NCBI GenBank assembly: GCA_038874215.1
Contig: JAVZCV010000019.1
Coordinates: 1-24,085 of the forward strand
Origin: Candidatus Micrarchaeia archaeon
GTDB lineage: Archaea; Micrarchaeota; Micrarchaeia; Burarchaeales; JAVZCV01
DNA length: 24,085 nucleotides
Direction of reading: 5' to 3'
Part shown: positions 1-9,010 of the stretch, piece after piece
How positions within the stretch are numbered: position 1 is the first letter of the stretch
How the letters are laid out: each line of letters starts with the position of its first letter
Position numbers and translations under genes: made by a program
Notes under the pieces: generated by a model
Told to the model about the DNA's origin: nothing
The model's input: only the letters and a program-made list of their open reading frames with translations
Databases searched by the model: none

Positions 1-1152
1 ACATTGGTAGTAGTCGTATAAAGCCAGTGAAAAAAGCAGAGATGCATCCGCAGTGTTGTATATTGGCTCAACGCCATGCTCGGGAAAAGTATTTGGAACA
101 AGCCCGTTTTTCATATAGCTTGCAAAGGTTTTTAGTATGGACTTTGCATCGTTAAACCTTCCTGTAACCAGAGTAAGCCCCGTAAGTGATATGAGCGTAT
201 CCCTGCCCCAGTCTCCAAACCAATGATAACCTGCGATTATTGATTTTGAATTCGTTGATTTTCTTTCTACTATGAAGGCATCTGAGGAGAGAACGAGCTG
301 CTCTATCATTTCTTTCTTTGGAAGCTCTCTCTTGCTGAACGTGTGCAGCAGGTATTGGAGCCTCTCTTTTTCTTCTTGTAGAAGAGCGTCAAAATTTTCT
401 GGTTTCGTAGAATAGAATTTTGCGAATGTTTTTACTGCTATTTTTTCGTACCCCCCTGTTGCTAAGATATTGAGCTTTTCGCCTTCACAAAGCGATGCGA
501 CAAACCTTCCAGAGACGTAGCAGTTCTCTCTATCAGGCAAGCCCCTTTCCCTCTCGGCATCGTACGTAAGCCCATCATACCAAATGCCTAATTTCTCGTA
601 TTTTCCCTTATCAGAACCTATTACGAGTGCAGTTAAGCCATGCTTTAGAGTCGTTGCCTTCGTGCTCTCATTCTCAACGAATTCAAGCCTGCCCATCGTC
701 CTTGAATGAAAATCGCGGGAATTGGCAAGCACGTTTATTGATATTTCACATGCACCCCTAAGCATTGCATAGGAGACTACGGTTGCATTTTGCCCGTGAA
801 TCATAAAAACGCTCTTCTCAAGCATAACGCCATCAACATCGTATAAAAATGTGGGAAAGGGATCAAGTCTAAATTGCACGATGTGGTTGTAGCCTCGCGG
901 GGTTATTAAATCCCCGAATTTGTTTGTGCTGATATCGTAGGTTTTACCACCAACAGTGATACTCTCGTCCAATTTGCTGAGCAACAAATGCCTATCTATA
1001 GGAGGTTGCAGGGAAGCAACGAGAAGCCCATGATAGCCACGTGTGTTAGCATGGATTATTGTTGAGGAAGCGTATCCACCTATGCCGTTCGTCGCTATCC
1101 ATTCTTTTTTAATGCCTTCGTTGTAGGATATCCCTTTCATCGCTATGAGCAT
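1..1152 (-). CDS. Glycogen debranching enzyme / amylo-alpha-1,6-glucosidase (archaeal type), runs off window start
   Basis: Not in ORF track; translated by hand and open from ATG 1152 (alternative 1140) to position 1. Contains N-terminal motif EWIATNGIGGYASST...NTRGYHGLL and catalytic-domain motifs IIAGYHWFGDWGRDTLISLTGL, GLVPNTF, YNTADASL. Confidence 0.92.
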   Translation of the reverse strand, partial: MLIAMKGISYNEGIKKEWIATNGIGGYASSTIIHANTRGYHGLLVASLQPPIDRHLLLSKLDESITVGGKTYDISTNKFGDLITPRGYNHIVQFRLDPFPTFLYDVDGVMLEKSVFMIHGQNATVVSYAMLRGACEISINVLANSRDFHSRTMGRLEFVENESTKATTLKHGLTALVIGSDKGKYEKLGIWYDGLTYDAERERGLPDRENCYVSGRFVASLCEGEKLNILATGGYEKIAVKTFAKFYSTKPENFDALLQEEKERLQYLLHTFSKRELPKKEMIEQLVLSSDAFIVERKSTNSKSIIAGYHWFGDWGRDTLISLTGLTLVTGRFNDAKSILKTFASYMKNGLVPNTFPEHGVEPIYNTADASLLFSLALYDYYQC

Positions 1153-1175
1153 ATAGTTGGGAATACGTATTTCTA

Positions 1176-1182
1176 TTTTAAA
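1176..1182 (-). promoter_or_regulatory. Putative TATA box for the debranching enzyme gene
   Basis: TTTAAAA on minus strand centred about 27 nt upstream of ATG 1152, matching archaeal TATA spacing for a leaderless mRNA. Confidence 0.45.
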
Positions 1183-1242
1183 CTATTATGCAGCCTCGTT
1201 TTTTTCATTATATTCGTCAAATGTCGTAGTAGGGTTTGATAG

Positions 1243-1251
1243 ATTAAAAAA
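1243..1251 (+). promoter_or_regulatory. Putative TATA box for the HTH-HMGS-thiolase-DUF35 operon
   Basis: ATTAAAAAA centred about 27 nt upstream of ATG 1274. Confidence 0.4.
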
Positions 1252-1273
1252 GCTTGCCCTTAAATTCAATATC

Positions 1274-1954
1274 ATGGAGAAACTCGCTGTTAGGATAGCG
1301 GGCGAGATATCCCTCTCAGAGAACCCTGGAGGAACGATGAAGAAGTGGAGGGAGATATTCGGTGTGACACAAGCAGAGTTAGGGGAATACCTACATATAT
1401 CACCATCAACGATAAGCGATTATGAGGGGAATAGAAGGAAATCGCCCGGGATACATGTTATAAGGAGGTTTGTTGATGCTTTGCTTCAGATAGATGCAAA
1501 CAGGGGGGGAGTTGTATCCAGCAAATTCATGGAAGAAGAACATGAGGAGAAATTCTATGAAGTTCATGAATTTGCAACAGTGATAAACGGCTCGGATTTT
1601 GCAAAACTGATAAACGCGCACATTGTCTATGGGGACGATTTGATAAGCGAGAAGAAAGTGTATGGATATACGATAATAAACTGCATACGTGTTATTCTTG
1701 AGATGCCGTATGTTGACTTTCCGAAATTATATGGCGCTGTGCCCGAAAGAGCGTTCATATTCACTGAGGTTAGCACTGGCAGGTCTCCACTTGTTGTTAT
1801 AAGGGTAAGCGCAGTAAAACCGAGTATAGTAGTTCTGCATAACATAACTACTGTGGATAAGCTTGCGGTTAGGATAGCGGAGAAAGAGCGCATTCCGGTT
1901 CTAACTACGAAACTTCCGCTGAATAAGATAACGGAGGAGCTTAAACGATTATAG
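1274..1954 (+). CDS. Archaeal XRE/Cro-type HTH transcriptional regulator with C-terminal DRTGG-like domain (COG1709-like)
   Basis: IAGEISLSENPGGTMKKWREIFGVTQAELGEYLHISPSTISDYEGNRRKSPG helix-turn-helix; C-terminal RAFIFTEVSTGRSPLVVIRV motif. Start moved from 1157 to ATG 1274 (family N-terminus, TATA spacing). Confidence 0.88.
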   Translation: MEKLAVRIAGEISLSENPGGTMKKWREIFGVTQAELGEYLHISPSTISDYEGNRRKSPGIHVIRRFVDALLQIDANRGGVVSSKFMEEEHEEKFYEVHEFATVINGSDFAKLINAHIVYGDDLISEKKVYGYTIINCIRVILEMPYVDFPKLYGAVPERAFIFTEVSTGRSPLVVIRVSAVKPSIVVLHNITTVDKLAVRIAEKERIPVLTTKLPLNKITEELKRL

Positions 1955-1963
1955 AGTGATTAT

Positions 1964-3013
1964 GTGAAACTAGATGTGGGAATAGTAGGCTATGGGGTAT
2001 ATATCCCTACGTATAGAATAAAGGTTGGCGAGATTGCCCGCATTTGGGGAGAAGACGCGAAAGGTATTGAATCTGGATTGAATGTTAGTGAAAAAAGCGT
2101 CCCGGACACTGACGAGGATTGTGCGACAATGGCGGTTGAGGCTGCGAGGAACGCAGTTTTATCAGCAGGAATAAACCCAAAAGATATAGGTGCCCTTTAT
2201 GTGGGGTCCGAATCCCATCCGTATGCCGTGAAACCGACGGCGAGCATAGTCGCAGAAGCAATAGGAGCAACGCCGCATATCACATGCGCTGATGTTGAGT
2301 TCGCATGCAAGGCGGGCACGGCAGCTATGCAGTTCTGCATGGGAATGTGCATGGCCAAAATGATAAAGTATGGTGTGGCGATAGGGAGCGATACTTCGCA
2401 GGGAAGACCGGGCGATCCGCTTGAATATACTGCGGGGGCGGGGGCGGGAGCATTCATAATAGGAACTGAGAAAATCGTTGCCCGCATACAACATACCTAT
2501 TCTTATACTACGGATACGCCTGATTTTTGGAGGAGGCCTGGTGCAGAATTCCCGAGCCATGGTGGTAGATTTACAGGAGAGCCAGCATATTTTAGGCATA
2601 TAATAAATGCGGCGAAAGGGCTTTTTGAGATTGCAGGAGTTAAAGCAGCGGATTTTGATTATGCGGTTTTCCATCAGCCTAATGGAAAGTTTCCACTTAG
2701 GGCGGCAAAAATGCTCGGGATAGAGAAGGAGAAGGTTTTACCTGGGCTTGTAACACCCCGTATAGGCAACACGTATTCTGGAGCAACTATGATAGGGTTG
2801 GCATCTGTTCTTGATGTTGCTGAACCAGGTGAGAGAGTTCTAGCCGTTAGTTTTGGGAGCGGAGCTGGAAGCGATGCTTTTGACATAGTGGTAACGGAAG
2901 AAATCAAAAAAATACGTGGAAGATGCAAGACTGTCAGAGAGTACATAGAGAACAAGAAGTACATAGACTACGGATTGTATGTGAAACATAGGAAAAAACT
3001 GAAGAGTTTATAG
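1964..3013 (+). CDS. Hydroxymethylglutaryl-CoA synthase (archaeal type)
   Basis: Catalytic-Cys motif [45 protein letters not shown]; adjacent to thiolase and DUF35. GTG start. Confidence 0.96.
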   Translation: MKLDVGIVGYGVYIPTYRIKVGEIARIWGEDAKGIESGLNVSEKSVPDTDEDCATMAVEAARNAVLSAGINPKDIGALYVGSESHPYAVKPTASIVAEAIGATPHITCADVEFACKAGTAAMQFCMGMCMAKMIKYGVAIGSDTSQGRPGDPLEYTAGAGAGAFIIGTEKIVARIQHTYSYTTDTPDFWRRPGAEFPSHGGRFTGEPAYFRHIINAAKGLFEIAGVKAADFDYAVFHQPNGKFPLRAAKMLGIEKEKVLPGLVTPRIGNTYSGATMIGLASVLDVAEPGERVLAVSFGSGAGSDAFDIVVTEEIKKIRGRCKTVREYIENKKYIDYGLYVKHRKKLKSL

Positions 3014-3027
3014 GTTTAGGTGGTTGT

Positions 3028-4191
3028 TTGAGAAGGGTTGCGATAGTTGGCGTAGGAATGAGCAAGTTTGGCGAGATATGGGATTTGAGTTTTAGGGAGT
3101 TGATAATAGAAGCTGGCGTAAGGGCTATTGAAGATGCGGGGATGAGCGGCGCGGAGATAGATGCTTTGTATGCTGGTACTATGGCAGCGGGCAGGCTGAT
3201 AGGGCAGGAGCACATAACTGCACTTATAGCAGACTACATGGGCCTTAACCCCATACCAGCAACGAGGGTTGAAGCAGCGTGTGCTTCGGGAGGTCTTGCT
3301 TTGCGAATGGGCTATATTGCAGTCGCAAGCGGTATTCATGACACAGTGGTTGTTGGTGGCGTTGAGAAAATGACCGATGTATCGGTGCCAGAGGCTGTTT
3401 TTGCACTCGGAGGGGCTGGTGACCAAGAATGGGAATTGTTTTTTGGCGCAACATTCCCTGGCATATACGCCCTCATGGCGAGAAGGCATATGCACGAGTA
3501 CGGTACTACAGAGGAGCAGATGGCGCACGTAGCAGTCAAAAACCATGAGAATGCAATGAAAAACGAGTATGCCCAGTTTCATATGCCGATAACTGTTGAT
3601 GATGTGCTTTCTTCAAGAGTAGTTGCAAGCCCATTGAAGCTTTTGGACTGCAGCCCTATAACAGATGGTGCTGCCGCACTTATATTGACAACTCTTGACA
3701 ACGCAAAAAAGCATACCGATACTCCCGTAGAGATTGTGGCTAGCACGCAGGCAAGCGACACGATAGCCCTTCATTCCAGAGATTCGCTAACAGAACTAAA
3801 AGCTACAAAGATTGCGGCGCATAAAGCATACAAGATTGCCGGGGTAGAACCGCGGGACATAGATGTGGCTGAGGTCCATGATTGCTTTACAATAGCGGAG
3901 ATAATGGCGATAGAAGATCTTGGATTTTTCAAAAAGGGTGAGGGAGGGAAGGCAGAGGAGGAAGGAGAAACGGCGATAGGCGGCAAAATACCCATAAATA
4001 CGAGTGGAGGTTTGAAGGGCTGCGGACATCCCGTTGGCGCAACGGGTGTTAAGCAGGCTGTTGAAATAACATGGCAGCTTAGGGGCGATGCTAAAGAGAG
4101 ACAGGTAAGCGGCGCTGAGATAGGTCTCACGCACAATGTCGGCGGGAGTGGCGCCACCTGTGTTATTCATATACTGAGAAGAACGAAGTAG
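3028..4191 (+). CDS. Acetoacetyl-CoA thiolase (acetyl-CoA acetyltransferase), archaeal/SCP2-like
   Basis: EAACASG (Cys nucleophile), [21 protein letters not shown] motifs; TTG start behind AGGTGG Shine-Dalgarno. Confidence 0.96.
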   Translation: MRRVAIVGVGMSKFGEIWDLSFRELIIEAGVRAIEDAGMSGAEIDALYAGTMAAGRLIGQEHITALIADYMGLNPIPATRVEAACASGGLALRMGYIAVASGIHDTVVVGGVEKMTDVSVPEAVFALGGAGDQEWELFFGATFPGIYALMARRHMHEYGTTEEQMAHVAVKNHENAMKNEYAQFHMPITVDDVLSSRVVASPLKLLDCSPITDGAAALILTTLDNAKKHTDTPVEIVASTQASDTIALHSRDSLTELKATKIAAHKAYKIAGVEPRDIDVAEVHDCFTIAEIMAIEDLGFFKKGEGGKAEEEGETAIGGKIPINTSGGLKGCGHPVGATGVKQAVEITWQLRGDAKERQVSGAEIGLTHNVGGSGATCVIHILRRTK

Positions 4192-4196
4192 GTGAT

Positions 4197-4616
4197 TTGG
4201 TGGGTGTTAGCCCTTCATTAAGTTGGAGGAATATTGCAGAACGATACGTGCTTATGGGCAGCAAATGCGACCGCTGTGGAAGTTACTATTTTCCCGTTAG
4301 AGAACTATGCCCAAAGTGCAGAAGAAAAGGTGTGATGAAGAAGCATGTTTACAAAGGTAAAGGGGAGGTTTATTCGTATACGCAGATAACAAGCCCGCCA
4401 CCCGGATTTGAGCTTGAAACACCGTATATATTGGCAATAGTGAAGCTTTCAGAAGGCGTCAAGATAACGACACAGATAGTAGATTGCGAAGTTGATGAGA
4501 TATACATAGGCATGCCTGTTGAAGTCGTTTTTAGGAAGATACAGGAGGAAGGTGACGAAGGTCCTATTCACTACGGCTTTAAATTTATACCTGAAGGGAA
4601 AGCAAAAAACCGCTAA
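4197..4616 (+). CDS. DUF35 family Zn-ribbon/OB-fold protein (thiolase-HMGS scaffold)
   Basis: CDRC...CPKC Zn ribbon, GEVYSYT, PYILAIVKL, IGMPVEVVFRK, YGFKF; canonical position after thiolase. Confidence 0.94.
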   Translation: MVGVSPSLSWRNIAERYVLMGSKCDRCGSYYFPVRELCPKCRRKGVMKKHVYKGKGEVYSYTQITSPPPGFELETPYILAIVKLSEGVKITTQIVDCEVDEIYIGMPVEVVFRKIQEEGDEGPIHYGFKFIPEGKAKNR

Positions 4617-5242
4617 ACTCTTACACAGTATGTAATTCTGTAAATCCTCCGACCATCTTTTATTCCGTGCAATTTGCCAGATATTTTTCTATCCAAGGAT
4701 AGTATGGTCAACGCTGCATCTGCAACCTTTCTTGAGCCAACATATAGGTTTACGCCTTCGGGGAGCCGTTCCACTCGTGATACGAATGAATTTTTTGATA
4801 TGAGCCATATGAGTTTTTTTTGCAGTTTATTTACTCTTGCTTTTTCTCCTCTTAGCTGTATTATGGCCTCATAATACCCGCTGGCTCTCCTGAAGCACGT
4901 ATCACAGATTGCCTTTTTCGTTCTAATATGAATTTCTTTTCGTATCGGTATTAAAGTATCGCCAAACCTTAATAGGAAGAGAAGCTCGGCATCGTTGTTT
5001 TTTATATTTATCGAAAGTTCGCAGTCTGTTTTTATGAGCTGGTGTATTTTTTCTACCAGCACTTTTTTTGTTTTTTTGCACCATTCGCCATGGTGCTTTA
5101 TCCTACCGCATCTTTCGCATTCTTCAATTTCAATCTCGGGCAGGCTTATCCTCAGTTTTTTTGAATAGCATGGGATGCAAAAACTTCCCACGAATGTTTG
5201 ATTGGAACTGTTCGCACCGCACGAAGGGCACTTCTTATCCAT
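4613..5242 (-). CDS. nmd3: Nmd3-family ribosome biogenesis protein (short form)
   Basis: Four CxxC pairs (CPSC, CIPC, CERC, CDTC), SGYYEAIIQLRG motif, C-terminal KLHGIKDGRRIYRITYCVR. Confidence 0.85.
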   Translation of the reverse strand: MDKKCPSCGANSSNQTFVGSFCIPCYSKKLRISLPEIEIEECERCGRIKHHGEWCKKTKKVLVEKIHQLIKTDCELSINIKNNDAELLFLLRFGDTLIPIRKEIHIRTKKAICDTCFRRASGYYEAIIQLRGEKARVNKLQKKLIWLISKNSFVSRVERLPEGVNLYVGSRKVADAALTILSLDRKISGKLHGIKDGRRIYRITYCVRV

Positions 5243-5304
5243 AATAGAACTATACTACTCAATTTTTATATTGTGTTTTTCTATTATATCCCGGGTGTGA
5301 TGGG

Positions 5305-7092
5305 TTGGAAAGTAGCACTGAGAAGGCAGTAAAACTTACAGAGTATCTCGTTGCGCTCCCTAATTCCGAAAAGACGGTTATGCTAACTATAATAATGGGG
5401 TTCATTTTCGGTGTTTTGGGAAGAAGTATTATTGAGAAACCAGTTCCCTTAGGGTTAGATTCACTTTTATTTGTTTTTTATGGGGGTGCATGGGGGGTCT
5501 TCCTAATATCAGTGCCCGCACTTCTATCCGCAGTTGCGTGCGTGCTTGTAAGAAGAGGAATAAAGGCTCGGAGAGTGTTGTTTCTTGCATTTGTTTGCGC
5601 AAACGTCTATGCAATTTTTTACCTGATTAGTATAGGGGCTTTTTCGATTGGTTATGGGAGCATAGTGTTTCTTTTGATTGGCTATGGTTTCGTATTTGCA
5701 ATATGGTTCCTGATAGCAAGGATAGTTTTTAGATTTGGCCTAAGGATGGCGTTATTTTTCTCGCTTATTCAACTTTTGTTTAACCTTGCTTTTCTCACTA
5801 CCTCGCAAATTCTTGTAATAGCGCACGACCCGCTTGCGCTGCTGATAAAGTTCATAGTTTCGTCTGCTGTGTTTTTGGGTGCGGTTTATGCTGTCTTATG
5901 GCTTGTTGATGCGCCAATAAGGAGGAATTTTGGCGTTTCTGGAATAAGCGCGTTGAGTATGTTCATAGCACAATGGATAGAGCAATCAAGAGACTTAGAA
6001 ACAGTATTTGAGGATGTTGGGGAGGAAGTCGCTACGAGTGTGGGTGTTGTTGCTTTCAAAGTAAACGGGAGGGTAAGGCATGTTTTCGTAATACCTGCTG
6101 TTCATTATGGACCCTTTGGTAATCTTGGCGGTAGCGAGTTACCATACATAATATCTAAAGAGATAAAACAGAGGAGGGGCGCTGATGCAACTGTTTTTCA
6201 TGGGACCGCAACCCATGATTTTAACCCTGTAAGCAGTAAAGAAGCAGCAAAAATAGTTGAGGCAGTTGAAAGGTGCATTGACAGAATGGATTTCAGAATT
6301 GCAAGGGGGTACTATACAGTGGGCTCGCACAGAACGTGTAAAGCAGAATGCTTCGTATTCAATGGAAAGGGAATCGTAGCACTTACCCGTGCGCCAAGAA
6401 CAACAGAGGATATAGATGCTACGTGGGGCATCGCTTACAGGAACCTTGCTCTTTCGTTGGGTCTATCTGATGCGGTTGTAATAGATGCGCATAATGCAGA
6501 CACGGGTGAGATAACAAGGGTTGAGTCAGGAGACCCAATAGGATTTGAATACATGGAGGCGATAAAGAAAGCTCTTGAAAAAAAGCAGCAGGAAAAAACA
6601 GTTAAGGTGGGGTTCTTCATAGGCAAGCCAGAGAGTTTTTCCAATGTGATAGGGAAGAACGGCATTCGTGTAATAAGGCTTTCGATCGGAGATGAGGAGC
6701 ACGCCCTTGTTGTTTTTGATTCAAATGGTATAACGCCTTCATTTAGATGGGGAATAGTGGACACGTTCAGAAGGAGAGGGGTAAAATGTGAGGTATTCAC
6801 GACAGATACGCACAGCGTGAATGTTGTTAGGGGAGTTATAAATCCCGTTGGAACGCATGACTGTGAGGAGATACTAGGGTATATTTTGAGGAATTTTGAG
6901 AACATAGAGACAAAGGAAGCAGAGGTAGATATTCAAACAGAATGCATAGCCATAAGGGTTTTTGGCGTGAAGCATTCAACCGAACTTATAGGAACGATAA
7001 ACTCTGTTGTGGCAATAATGCGAATTGCGGTGCCCATCATAATGATTGCAAGTGTTCTTTTCCTCCTTTGGTTAGTAACAAAAATACCTTAG
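5305..7092 (+). CDS. DUF2070 family multi-pass membrane protein (COG3356-like, predicted neutral-ceramidase-superfamily hydrolase)
   Basis: Several N-terminal hydrophobic helices, then VHYGPFGNLGGSELP, HGTATHDFNP, VIDAHN, FDSNG, TTDTH motifs and a C-terminal TM helix. Confidence 0.88.
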   Translation: MESSTEKAVKLTEYLVALPNSEKTVMLTIIMGFIFGVLGRSIIEKPVPLGLDSLLFVFYGGAWGVFLISVPALLSAVACVLVRRGIKARRVLFLAFVCANVYAIFYLISIGAFSIGYGSIVFLLIGYGFVFAIWFLIARIVFRFGLRMALFFSLIQLLFNLAFLTTSQILVIAHDPLALLIKFIVSSAVFLGAVYAVLWLVDAPIRRNFGVSGISALSMFIAQWIEQSRDLETVFEDVGEEVATSVGVVAFKVNGRVRHVFVIPAVHYGPFGNLGGSELPYIISKEIKQRRGADATVFHGTATHDFNPVSSKEAAKIVEAVERCIDRMDFRIARGYYTVGSHRTCKAECFVFNGKGIVALTRAPRTTEDIDATWGIAYRNLALSLGLSDAVVIDAHNADTGEITRVESGDPIGFEYMEAIKKALEKKQQEKTVKVGFFIGKPESFSNVIGKNGIRVIRLSIGDEEHALVVFDSNGITPSFRWGIVDTFRRRGVKCEVFTTDTHSVNVVRGVINPVGTHDCEEILGYILRNFENIETKEAEVDIQTECIAIRVFGVKHSTELIGTINSVVAIMRIAVPIIMIASVLFLLWLVTKIP

Positions 7093-7106
7093 CACCAGCT
7101 AAAATA

Positions 7107-7114
7107 TTTAAAAA
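7107..7114 (+). promoter_or_regulatory. Putative TATA box for GT4-GT2-GT2 operon
   Basis: TTTAAAAA centred about 26 nt upstream of ATG 7137, with an A-rich BRE-like stretch just upstream. Confidence 0.5.
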
Positions 7115-7136
7115 AGAAAAAATCAAACGCTGTAGC

Positions 7137-8285
7137 ATGAACATAGCCTTTTTCACAGAAACATACCTGCCGAATACGGATGGCGTTGTAACCTCAATCC
7201 TTACAACAAGAAGAGCACTTGAAGAGATGGGCCACGAGGTGTATATATTCTGCGCAGGAAGCAGAAAGGCGAAGAAAGCAAATCAGGATCCAAAAGTTTT
7301 CTACCACCTTTCAACGCCGTTTAAGCCATACCCAGCGTATAGGATAGCGGTTTTTCCTTTCCTTTCAGAAAGGAAAGTAAAAAAGCTTGGGGTAGAAATG
7401 GTGCACACGCACGGGATGGCTACGATGGGCCTCAGCGCAGTCCAGACGGCTCGCATGCATAAGCTTCCTCTGGTGGGAACATTTCATACATTGATACCTA
7501 AGGCGAGCCACTATGTATCAAAAAACAAGAGAATAGAAGCGATAACGCAAAGAATACTTTGGGGCTATCTGAAATGGTATTTCTGTCTTTGCGATGTTGT
7601 GATAGCACCGAGCCCAACGATAGAAAGGGAACTGCACAACCACGGAATAAGGAAGACAATAGTCGTACCAACGGGTATAGATACAGAGCGTTTTTGCTTA
7701 GGGCTTGACAGAAACCGCATTAGAAAAGAGCTCGGGCTTGAAGATAAGGTCATGGTTCTAAATATAGGCAGGATGGTTCTTGAAAAGAATCTTGACGTGC
7801 TGATAAAGGCATCGCTTATAATAGTGGAGGAGATACCAGATGCACATTTTGTTCTCGCAGGCTCGGGACCCGCCTTTGACTATTACAGAAACCTCGTCAG
7901 GAGCATGAAGCTTGATGGGATATTCACCTTCACGGGGATAATACCATCCGAACTTGTTCCGTATTACTATGCTGCTGCTGATGTTTTTGTTTTTCCTTCA
8001 AAATTTGAAACGCAGGGGATAGTCGCACTTGAATCCATGGGGTGCGGCACGCCTGTGGCGGGTGCGGATTATCTTGCGATAAAAGACCTCGTAAAAGACG
8101 GCTACAACGGTTATCTTTTTGACCCAGACGACCCAGAGGATTGTGCGGAGAAGGTTATAAGAACTATTAGAGAGCGGGAGAAGCTTGTAAATGGTGCGAG
8201 AAAAACCGCAGAGGATTACTCGTATAAGAATTGCGTAGCCAAACTGGTAAAAGTTTATGAGGATTTGTTATCTAAGAGGCAGTAA
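7137..8285 (+). CDS. GT4 family glycosyltransferase (resembles diacylglycerol glycosyltransferase-like GT4s)
   Basis: MNIAFFTETYLPNTDGVVTS N-terminus, TFHT, GRMVLEKN, FPSKFETQGIVALESMGCG (E-x7-E). Start corrected from 6942 to ATG 7137. Confidence 0.92.
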   Translation: MNIAFFTETYLPNTDGVVTSILTTRRALEEMGHEVYIFCAGSRKAKKANQDPKVFYHLSTPFKPYPAYRIAVFPFLSERKVKKLGVEMVHTHGMATMGLSAVQTARMHKLPLVGTFHTLIPKASHYVSKNKRIEAITQRILWGYLKWYFCLCDVVIAPSPTIERELHNHGIRKTIVVPTGIDTERFCLGLDRNRIRKELGLEDKVMVLNIGRMVLEKNLDVLIKASLIIVEEIPDAHFVLAGSGPAFDYYRNLVRSMKLDGIFTFTGIIPSELVPYYYAAADVFVFPSKFETQGIVALESMGCGTPVAGADYLAIKDLVKDGYNGYLFDPDDPEDCAEKVIRTIREREKLVNGARKTAEDYSYKNCVAKLVKVYEDLLSKRQ

Positions 8286-8300
8286 TTCGGGTGATGCGCG

Positions 8301-9002
8301 GTGATATCAGTTATTGTACCTTCCCACAATGAAGAGAAGAACATTGAAAGATGTATAAACTCCTTGCGATCACAGAAATTTGATGGCAATTATGAGATAA
8401 TACTCGCCGATGGTAAAAGCACTGATAGAACTGTTGAGAAGGTTGAGCATCTCGTGGATAGGGTGATAATGGTTGAGTCTAAGGGACCAGCAAGGGCGAG
8501 GAATGAAGGGGCGAGGATAGCAAAGTATCCGATAGTCGCCTTCATTGATGCAGACTCTGTCGCACATGAACTATGGCTAAGCAGAATAGAGAAAAATTTT
8601 CAGGAGGATATAATAGGAGTAGGGGGGATCGTCAGGCCTCTTGACCCGCAACCGCTTGACAATTTTATCTCTTTCATTGACGTAGATATATGGATCCCGC
8701 TTTGTTCACTTTTTGGCATATATCTATTCAATGGAAGCAGTTGCGCGTTTTTAAGAGAACCCTTCCTGAAGGTCAATGGTTTCAACGAGAAGATAAGCTT
8801 CTTTGAGGATACAGAGATAACATTCAGAATAAAGAAGCTGGGCAAGCTAAAAATTGACAAAAAAATGATAGCATACAGCTCTGTGAGAAGGTTTAGAGAG
8901 CAAGGATACATTAAGGTTGGCTTGCAGTATTTTAAGGCTTTCTGGGACTACACCACAAGGAAACAAGTTGAGGGGGAGTATTTCGGCGCTATCAAGAAAT
9001 AG
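8301..9002 (+). CDS. GT2 family glycosyltransferase
   Basis: ISVIVPSHNEE, DGKSTDRT, GPARARNEG, FIDADS (DxD), FFEDTE, SSVRRF. Confidence 0.93.
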   Translation: MISVIVPSHNEEKNIERCINSLRSQKFDGNYEIILADGKSTDRTVEKVEHLVDRVIMVESKGPARARNEGARIAKYPIVAFIDADSVAHELWLSRIEKNFQEDIIGVGGIVRPLDPQPLDNFISFIDVDIWIPLCSLFGIYLFNGSSCAFLREPFLKVNGFNEKISFFEDTEITFRIKKLGKLKIDKKMIAYSSVRRFREQGYIKVGLQYFKAFWDYTTRKQVEGEYFGAIKK

Positions 9003-9010
9003 GTGAGAAT

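Noticed and set aside
1157..1273. 39-aa N-terminal extension of the HTH regulator in the ORF track
   Set aside because: Spans the AT-rich divergent promoter; family similarity begins at ATG 1274.
2432..2450. G-rich run GCGGGGGCGGGGGCGGG as possible G-quadruplex or slippage site
   Set aside because: Only three G-tracts, and it encodes the conserved AGAGAGA loop of HMG-CoA synthase.
6942..7136. 65-aa Cys/His-rich N-terminal extension of GT4
   Set aside because: Overlaps the DUF2070 3' end in another frame and crosses the TATA box; the GT4 fold starts at 7137.
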